This document shows positions 57,180-64,000 of a DNA stretch of 64,000 nucleotides, in pieces; the first letter of the stretch is position 1, and every line of letters begins with the position of its first letter. The translations under genes were made by a program, and so were the position numbers. A model generated the notes under the pieces. It ran no database searches. It saw nothing but the letters and a program-made list of their open reading frames with translations, and was not told the DNA's origin. The stretch is from Planctomycetota bacterium. Its GTDB lineage: Bacteria > Planctomycetota > B15-G4 > JADJEK01. The stretch lies in contig JBGAIQ010000027.1 of the NCBI GenBank assembly GCA_044225365.1, positions 1-64,000 on the forward strand, in the 5' to 3' direction.

Positions 57180-58100
57180 TCAATTCCCCCTTGGCGTCGG
57201 CGCATCCCCAAACGTCTTCGCCGGAATCTCGAACACGTAATTCGACCCGCCGATCGAGAACGTGGCCTTCGAGCCGTCGCCGGCGTCCGACATGCTCACC
57301 GCGACCGCCGGCGCGGGCGTTTTCACCGTTTCCTTCTTGCCCGTGACCGAGCCGGCGCCCGTGAGACTCACGCCCGCCGCGATCCGCAGGCGCGGCGTCT
57401 CGCCGCCGGTCAGGTACACCCGCGCGGGCTCGGCGTCCTTGCGATCGATGCGGCCGACGCAGACCTCGCCCTTCTCGAGTTGCTGGTCGAGCGCGCCGAT
57501 GTCGGTGCGCTCGAGATACGTGAGCGTGTACGGCTTGCTGCCGGCCTTGCCCTTCGCGGTCTTGGCCTTTGCGGTGTCGAACGTGCTCTCGAGACGGTGC
57601 GGGCCGAACGTGATGCGGAAGACGTAGGCGCGTGAAATCACGCCTTGCGCGGGACCCGCCGGGTTCTTCACGAGCTCGATGACGAGCGCCTTCGTGACCT
57701 GCTTGCCTTCGACCTTCCTCGCGTCGAACGCTGCCGCGCCTTCGGTCTTCTTGTTCGTATAGAACTGCCCGTCGTGGTGGAAGACGACCTTGTACTCGTC
57801 TTGCTTGTCGCTCGTGAGGGCGAGGTTGTACTCCCCGGGGAACGCGACGAAGTCGGAGAAGATCATTCCGGCGTCGGCGTTCAGCGTGGTGGCGGCGTCC
57901 GAGCCGAGGCGCCAGTTGAGGCCCGCCTTGAGCTGCGACTCGAACTCCTCCTTCCAGGGCGGAGTGCCGTGCTGGATCTTGATCTTGCCGCCCTTGGCGG
58001 CGAGTTCGGCGCCCGCGAGGGCGATCGCACCACCCGCACCCACGACGAGAACGGCGAGAACGCACTTCGAAAGCAGCATGCGGCGACGCAGCGAGACCAT
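57180..58100 (-). CDS. Secreted protein, DUF2911-like N-terminal domain
   Basis: Signal peptide; WRLGSDAATTL...PGEYNL. Confidence 0.6.
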   Translation of the reverse strand: MVSLRRRMLLSKCVLAVLVVGAGGAIALAGAELAAKGGKIKIQHGTPPWKEEFESQLKAGLNWRLGSDAATTLNADAGMIFSDFVAFPGEYNLALTSDKQDEYKVVFHHDGQFYTNKKTEGAAAFDARKVEGKQVTKALVIELVKNPAGPAQGVISRAYVFRITFGPHRLESTFDTAKAKTAKGKAGSKPYTLTYLERTDIGALDQQLEKGEVCVGRIDRKDAEPARVYLTGGETPRLRIAAGVSLTGAGSVTGKKETVKTPAPAVAVSMSDAGDGSKATFSIGGSNYVFEIPAKTFGDAPTPRGN

Positions 58101-58320
58101 GGCTCCTCCATTTCGCGCGAAGTAGGGACTGCGAGACCCGAGCCTCGCGGCCCCCTTTTACGCGATCCTCGAATCCGCGTCGCGACGTCTTCGCCGCGGT
58201 GCTCGGAACTTTTCGAACCCGTTGCAAGGCACCCCCCGGTCCGACGTAGACTGTCCGGTTCCCGCCGGAAGGCATCCAAACGGGTGCTTGCAGCGGGTGC
58301 CGTCGTGAGCAGGGGTCATC

Positions 58321-60591
58321 GTGAGCAAGACCGCGCGTCGTATTGGAATCATCCTCGTCTTCGTCCTCGGGCTCGGGTACTTCCTGTTCTCGACGCTCGT
58401 GTACAACCCATTCGAAGCGTCCTACATGGACCAGTTCGAAGGAACTCCCGAGGTTGCGATCGAGTTCGCGATCCCGCGCGAGGTGGACTTCATGGTCCAC
58501 AAGCGAGGCCTCGCGGCGGACTATGCGGGCGGTTCGTTCCCGCTCCCCGACTTCTGGAACGAGATCCGCGTTCGCAAGGACTGGCGACACTTCGCGGACA
58601 CCCAGCTCGCGAAGGATGCGGAGGCCTCGCTCGAGATCGACAAACGGATCGACGAGATCCGCAGCGCCGTCGAGCAGATTCCCGTGCTCGATCCCGTCGC
58701 CGACATCCTCGGTCGCGACGTTGCGATCTTCGGCCGCATCAAGGGCTACGGCTACGACCACGACGAGGCCGCCGCGATCTTCCTTGGCTCCGGCATGGCG
58801 CGATTCGCCTACGCCGCGACGAACATCTCCCTGCTCCGCTCCATGTTCGGCATGCCGGTCGAGGTCACCGAGACCGAGGACGGCGTCATCGCGATGAAGC
58901 CGGAGAACGGCCCCACGCTCTACACCCTGCGCCATCTCGACCTCATGGTCGTGAGCACCGGGCCCGGGCTCGTCAAGGAAGTGAAGGAGATGCTGGACTC
59001 CGGCATCGAGCAGAGCCTCGGCCGCTCGCGCGGCTACAACACGACCGTCGCTCAGGACGTCTCGGAGTTCGCCGGCGTGAAGCTCGCGGCCGCGGCGAAG
59101 GGCCCGAGCGTCGATCGGCGTATCCAGCTCTTCGGGCGCATGCCGTCGCTGCAGTCGCTCACGAAGTTCGACGACGAGATGCTCGAGCCGCGGGGCGATG
59201 TCTCGCGCTGGCTGCTCGCCCGCTTGTTCAATCCGCGCTACTTCCAGGCCGTGACCCTCGACATCGGCATGGGCGACGCCATCGAACTGCGGGGCACCCT
59301 CGGTTTCGACCGCCAGATGGCGGAGAACGCCAAGACGGGCTTCTACAACCGCAAGACGTTCGAACTGAAGAAGGCGATGGACAAGGCGGCGCGGGTGCTG
59401 CCGGACGATACGTTCTTCCTGATGGCGGCGCGCGTCGACATGCGGGAGTTCTTCCCGCAGCTCATCGATGGCCTGAAGGAGGTCGATCCCAAGGCCGTCA
59501 CGTTGATCGACGATCTCATCGCCAACGTTCGCAAGATCCGTCCCGACTTCCGCTCGCTCAATGCCGCCGACGCGGCGCGCAACTTCGCGAGCTTCCTCGG
59601 CGACGACGTCGTCGTCGCCATGAAGCGCGACAACTACTTCGGCGCGCCGACGGAGCCGATGCCGCTCATCGCGTTCTTCTTCGATGTGACGGAGCGCGGG
59701 CCGAGCTTCGAAGAACTGCGTAAGAGCAATGGCGACCCCTCGAAGACTCGCGGCTACAACGGATTCGTCTTCCCGATCCAAACCGCGCATGCGCAGCTCA
59801 AGTCGCAGAACGCGTCGATCGCGAACTGGTTCACGGTGACGCACGGCGGCCAGAATCCGGAGACGCAGCGCACGATCCAGGAAGTCATCCTGCAGGGTAC
59901 GTCGGGGATCAAGAACGTCTCGTTCGGCATCGTCGATCCCGCGAACAAGGAGCAAGGTCCCTGGCAGTTCGTGCTCGTGCTCTCGCCGCACATCGAGAAG
60001 CGCGACGTGAAGCGGGACAACGTTTTGAAGTCGGAGGACTTCGGCACCGCGCAGGAGATGATCACCGACGTGATCCAGCTCTCGCAGCGGACGGACAATT
60101 CCCCCGCGACCTTCCGCGACGCCAGCGGCAACACCGAGCGCACGGTGAGACGGCTCTCGATCTCCGCCAAGTACACGCAGGGCAGCGGCTTCCTCGATCG
60201 ATTCGCGAGCGTCGCGATGTTCGTCGACGCCGTCGGCCTCAAGGCCGCGCTCGCCGACCAGGCCGAGGCCTACGCCGACGATGCGACCGCGATCGACTGG
60301 AACGTCGAGACCCCGCGTCTCACGAACCAACTGATGGACGGCGAGTTCGCGACGTGGAAGGGCAAGCCGATGCCGGAGAAGGTGAAGACCGACTTCGATC
60401 GGAAGCTGAGCGAGATGAAGGAAGACCTCGACAAGAAGCGCCGCGAGGAGAAGATGCCCGCGATTCGCGCGGCCTACGAAGAAGGGCTCGCCTGGGTCGA
60501 CCTCTTCGAGGATGCGTTCCTCGCCGCGCGCATCGACGACAAGGAACAGATCATCGAGCTCGGTGCTCGCGTGCGCACCAGTCTGAAGTGA
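58321..60591 (+). CDS. Large membrane-anchored hypothetical protein
   Basis: 756-aa ORF with host codon usage; single N-terminal TM. Confidence 0.75.
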   Translation: MSKTARRIGIILVFVLGLGYFLFSTLVYNPFEASYMDQFEGTPEVAIEFAIPREVDFMVHKRGLAADYAGGSFPLPDFWNEIRVRKDWRHFADTQLAKDAEASLEIDKRIDEIRSAVEQIPVLDPVADILGRDVAIFGRIKGYGYDHDEAAAIFLGSGMARFAYAATNISLLRSMFGMPVEVTETEDGVIAMKPENGPTLYTLRHLDLMVVSTGPGLVKEVKEMLDSGIEQSLGRSRGYNTTVAQDVSEFAGVKLAAAAKGPSVDRRIQLFGRMPSLQSLTKFDDEMLEPRGDVSRWLLARLFNPRYFQAVTLDIGMGDAIELRGTLGFDRQMAENAKTGFYNRKTFELKKAMDKAARVLPDDTFFLMAARVDMREFFPQLIDGLKEVDPKAVTLIDDLIANVRKIRPDFRSLNAADAARNFASFLGDDVVVAMKRDNYFGAPTEPMPLIAFFFDVTERGPSFEELRKSNGDPSKTRGYNGFVFPIQTAHAQLKSQNASIANWFTVTHGGQNPETQRTIQEVILQGTSGIKNVSFGIVDPANKEQGPWQFVLVLSPHIEKRDVKRDNVLKSEDFGTAQEMITDVIQLSQRTDNSPATFRDASGNTERTVRRLSISAKYTQGSGFLDRFASVAMFVDAVGLKAALADQAEAYADDATAIDWNVETPRLTNQLMDGEFATWKGKPMPEKVKTDFDRKLSEMKEDLDKKRREEKMPAIRAAYEEGLAWVDLFEDAFLAARIDDKEQIIELGARVRTSLK

Positions 60592-60628
60592 TTTTCACTG
60601 CCGGACTTTTCTTCGGGGTCATGGGGGC

Positions 60629-60656
60629 TTTACGTCGAACCGACCCCCGCTATACT
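60629..60656 (+). promoter_or_regulatory. Sigma70-type promoter for tRNA
   Basis: TTTACG-16 bp-TATACT, ending 18 bp before the tRNA. Confidence 0.6.
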
Positions 60657-60674
60657 GCCCCGCTCGCTATCCAG

Positions 60675-60763
<89 letters not shown>

Positions 60764-60790
60764 CTTATCGCAGCGCATCAAGCGAACGAG

Positions 60791-61243
60791 CTAGATGCGG
60801 TCCTGCGCCACGCCGACGCGAGTCGCGCCCCGCTCCCAAGCGCTGGAGACGCGACTCGCTTCGAGCAACCCCGCAAAGAATCCCGCGATCGCCGACACCA
60901 GCACGATCGCCGCGAGATCGTCGGGCTTTCCGGAGTGGAGCGTCTTTCCGGCGAACAGTACGACCGGAAGCAGGGGCCCGAGCGCGATCGAGAGCAGGAT
61001 CTTGGTCTTGGGACCCGTATCGAACAGACGCAGCAGGATCATCGTGGCGGCCGCCACGATCGCACCGAGGATTCCGACCCCGAACAACTGACTCGTTCGT
61101 TCCGGCGCTTCCGCGATCAATGTGTCGAGCGCCTTGCGCTTGCCTTCGGGATCGTTCGCGCCCGAAGCGAAGAGCGCGCCGATCGCAACGAGGGCGGCGA
61201 ATCCCAGCAGCGCGCTGCGCAGGAGGTCCTTCAGGAATCTCAT
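60791..61243 (-). CDS. Four-TM hypothetical membrane protein
   Basis: Hydrophobic segments; 4-bp overlap with anti-sigma gene. Confidence 0.65.
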   Translation of the reverse strand: MRFLKDLLRSALLGFAALVAIGALFASGANDPEGKRKALDTLIAEAPERTSQLFGVGILGAIVAAATMILLRLFDTGPKTKILLSIALGPLLPVVLFAGKTLHSGKPDDLAAIVLVSAIAGFFAGLLEASRVSSAWERGATRVGVAQDRI

Positions 61244-61695
61244 CGCGCGTCACCGCGCGAGGGGCCGACGAAGTAGAAGCCCCGAAGCTGACTCGCGAGG
61301 GGCCGCAAGCGTTCGAGGACGGCGCGAGGCACGTCCTTCAGCGAGTTCGCCGCGAAGTCATCGGGCGTCGCGAACTTCAATGTCGTTGCGAGGACGAGCA
61401 GCGCAGCGAAGGAGAGGGCGAGGGTGCGATCGTGGTTGCGAACCGGTGGGAGGCGCTCGGTCGCGAGCATCTGCGGCACGCGCGCGAGGGTGGACTCGAT
61501 CCACGCTTCTTCGTGGTCGTCATTCCGCGCTGCGATCCCCGCGATGATGCTCTTCGTGTCGGTGAACGCACGCGAGCACGCTTCGCAGTCCTGAAGATGC
61601 GCTCGGATCAGGAGCAGTTCCCCCGGTGGGAGGTCGTTCTCGAGGAGATTCCCGAGTCGATCGACGATGAGAAGGCATTCGTTCTTCGGCGTCAT
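61240..61695 (-). CDS. zf-HC2 (ZAS) membrane anti-sigma factor
   Basis: C-x25-HLQDCEAC plus one TM. Confidence 0.85.
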   Translation of the reverse strand: MTPKNECLLIVDRLGNLLENDLPPGELLLIRAHLQDCEACSRAFTDTKSIIAGIAARNDDHEEAWIESTLARVPQMLATERLPPVRNHDRTLALSFAALLVLATTLKFATPDDFAANSLKDVPRAVLERLRPLASQLRGFYFVGPSRGDAR

Positions 61696-62276
61696 CGTTC
61701 GTCCAGGAAGCGCTCGGAGCCGAGCGAACGCGAGAACGAGGGAAGTGACTTTCGCAGCGTCTTCAAGGCCTGATAGTGATTCGCCCGGGCGTTCTCCTCG
61801 CTGATCCCGAGCGTCGTCCCGATCTGCTGGAACGGGAGTCCGAGGTCGAGGCGAAGCGAGATCACCGCGCGCTGGCGAGCCGGCAGTTCGTCGATCGCCG
61901 CGCGGAGCAAGCGCGCGCGCTCCTGACTCTCGAGCGCGGACGACAGCGATTCGTGTTCCATCGTCGCGGGATCCGTGATCTCTGGCGTGAGCTCGAGGGG
62001 CATCGGCCCTCTGTTGCGCCGTGCGCGTTTCTTGAAGACGTTGGTCGCGATCATCGCGAGCCAGGGGCGGAACGCCTCGGCGTCGCGCAGCGAAGCGATC
62101 GACCGAAATGCGAGCAACAGGGAGTCCTGGAAGACGTCCTGCGCTTCCTCGCGACGACCCGTGAGACGCAGGAGGAAGCGCAGCAAGTCCGCGCCGTGCA
62201 AAGCGATGAGACTCTCGAACGCGGCTTTGTCACCGCGTCTCGCCCGCAGCACGAAATCGGCAGGATCGTCGCTCAT
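61692..62276 (-). CDS. ECF RNA polymerase sigma-70 factor
   Basis: GDKAAFESL, EAQDVFQD, FRPWLAMIATN, LPARQRAVISLR..FQQIGTTLGIS. Confidence 0.92.
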   Translation of the reverse strand: MSDDPADFVLRARRGDKAAFESLIALHGADLLRFLLRLTGRREEAQDVFQDSLLLAFRSIASLRDAEAFRPWLAMIATNVFKKRARRNRGPMPLELTPEITDPATMEHESLSSALESQERARLLRAAIDELPARQRAVISLRLDLGLPFQQIGTTLGISEENARANHYQALKTLRKSLPSFSRSLGSERFLDER

Positions 62277-62440
62277 CTCGTCGTGCCTAGGGAGCCTTCG
62301 ACGGGCCTCCGCGTGAAAAAGAACTTCCGCAGTTTCGCAACGCACTCAAGAACACCCCCGCCGCGTTCGATCGAGGAATTGCGCATCGCGCGCCGTGATT
62401 TCACACCGTAGACGTCAGCAACGGAAGAGGCCGATCCCTC

Positions 62441-63067
62441 ATGAGCGACCCCATTCGCCCGAAGGTCCATTCAACGGTGCCCGTGGAGAACGCAACGACG
62501 AGGGGTACGTCCCGCGTCGAGTTCTTGTTCGCGGGAGTTCTCTTCCTCGCGCTCGCCGGGATCGTTGGGCCGACGCTCATCGCCTCGTCCAAGTCGGAGC
62601 AGGCCGAATCGATCGTCACGTATTGCCAGCAGCTCGAACGAGCGTGTTTTCGGCACTACGTCGACGTGCGCAGCACCGCGACCGAGTTCTCGATGCACGA
62701 CGCGTCGCTCGTTCCCTATCACGGCCTGACCGCGAGCAACGGCGATCCGCGATGGAGTGGTCCCTACCTCGACCATGCCGTATCGCGGGCCGACAACCCG
62801 TGCGGCGGCGATGTATTCGTCTACCCCAACCTCCGCGGCGGCGCGGCGCACCCCAGCGGGGCGTTCTGCGGGGCGACGAGCCATGGCAAGACCGCGGTCG
62901 ATCACGGCCAGTTCGTGGCGTTCACGAACGTCCCCGAGGACGTGGCGCGCGAGGTCGAGATCGCGCTCGACGGCGAATCGGAAGGCAACTCCTGGCGGAC
63001 GACGGGACGCTGCGAGTACGATGCGGGCTCGATGTCGCTGATGGTGCTCTTGCTCGAACTGCCGTGA
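62441..63067 (+). CDS. GspG-like pseudopilin/type IV pilin
   Basis: RG|TSRVE + hydrophobic helix (Glu at +5); WSGPYL motif. Confidence 0.6.
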   Translation: MSDPIRPKVHSTVPVENATTRGTSRVEFLFAGVLFLALAGIVGPTLIASSKSEQAESIVTYCQQLERACFRHYVDVRSTATEFSMHDASLVPYHGLTASNGDPRWSGPYLDHAVSRADNPCGGDVFVYPNLRGGAAHPSGAFCGATSHGKTAVDHGQFVAFTNVPEDVAREVEIALDGESEGNSWRTTGRCEYDAGSMSLMVLLLELP

Positions 63068-63504
63068 GTGGGGATGAACCGGGAGGCGGATCCGCCCGCT
63101 CTCTGCCCTCGAGCACCGCGTTCGAAATGTTCGACCGCGCCATTCAGCTCGAGTGAGGGAGACGACGTGATGGACGCGTTCGGCGAACGTCAGAGCTTCG
63201 AGCCGATGGGTAATGTGACCTCCCCGATCTTGACGACCGCCGTGAGTTCCGAGATCTCGTCACCCGAGGCGCTCAATTCCGTGACGAGCAGGACGCCGAA
63301 AAATCGTCACGGTTTGCATCCAAAGGGCAGCGGAACGCTTACGCTGCTCGGAGTGTGCTTTCAGCGTCAATCTCGCGGGTGATGGCTCTGATCGCTTGAT
63401 ACTAAGTTTCCCGCCTCGTTACGAATCTGCGATTGCATCTGGATTTCGAACGAGAGTCCGGAGGTCATCGGTTCTCGCACCACCAAAGTAAGGGGAGTTT
63501 CAAA

Positions 63505-64000
63505 ATGAAGCGATCCGTTGGCATCGTAGTGATGATCGCCATCGTGGCAGCGTTGCCGTTCGTGCCGAACGTCTTTTCCTCGAAGGTCGGATCGGCAAAC
63601 GCCCAAACGATAGAGCCCTCGACCTATGCGCTCGGCCAGTCCCTGACGTTGAGCGGGACGTTCATTCCATCGAGGCTGGAGACGATCGGCCATCCAAGTA
63701 CTGACCAAATCGTTTCTGCGACAAAGTCTGGTGCACCTCTGCCCGGCGCGAAGTACGACGATGAGTCGATCCATGTCGACTATGTAGCAGCAGTGGGTGC
63801 GCTGGAGTCATCAACCGCGATTACACAGGCTCAAGTGAAGTCCTTGGATGAAGTGGGGTTATCCCTCCATGTATCTTCGACTGGAGCGGCGACCGTCGAG
63901 TTGCTCCCGGACTCCTCGGAACCCGTGCGCGGAATCGCTTACGACACGAAGTCGGATGGCTCAGTGCGATATATGGTTTCCAATGGACCTCCGAAGTTCA
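63505..64000 (+). CDS. Secreted hypothetical protein, 3'-truncated by window
   Basis: AAGGGGAG RBS, MKRSVGIVVMIAIVAALPFV signal peptide, frame open to window end, more AT-rich codons. Confidence 0.65.
   Translation, partial: MKRSVGIVVMIAIVAALPFVPNVFSSKVGSANAQTIEPSTYALGQSLTLSGTFIPSRLETIGHPSTDQIVSATKSGAPLPGAKYDDESIHVDYVAAVGALESSTAITQAQVKSLDEVGLSLHVSSTGAATVELLPDSSEPVRGIAYDTKSDGSVRYMVSNGPPKF

Noticed and set aside
57130-60330. 1066-aa minus-strand ORF and many similar long antisense ORFs
   Set aside because: Typical high-GC shadow frames opposite or overlapping well-supported genes, with Arg/Ala-rich non-protein-like composition
63170-63382. Small ORF with GAGGGAG RBS
   Set aside because: No recognisable features, overlaps hairpins; insufficient support

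Overview
High-GC bacterial chromosomal window, probably Planctomycetota-like (inferred from FG-GAP/Ig secreted proteins, CarboxypepD_reg-type tandem proteins and ECF/ZAS pairs). It holds about 50 genes, mostly housekeeping or metabolic: metX-family, ansA, XPB-Bax1, DyP, rlmH, priA, ogt, a ribose-type ABC transporter, kynA, carA, larB, tsaD, ctpA, an aminotransferase, hemN and tRNA-Leu(GAG). Most notable: (1) a compositionally distinct ~20.4-30.1 kb salt/osmotic-stress block (ClC, membrane-anchored OtsA, OtsB-GH15 fusion, unknown membrane protein, NhaD-like transporter) containing two covarying copies of a structured RNA that resembles the nhaA-I (Li+/Na+) riboswitch; (2) an unannotated three-gene unit (secreted protein, highly divergent ECF-sigma-like protein, soluble ZAS+TPR protein); (3) a C-terminal domain shared by secreted proteins; (4) a REP-like palindrome family at three intergenic loci, with 18-bp satellite derivatives at two of them. 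All family assignments come from motif recognition by eye; no database searches were run.
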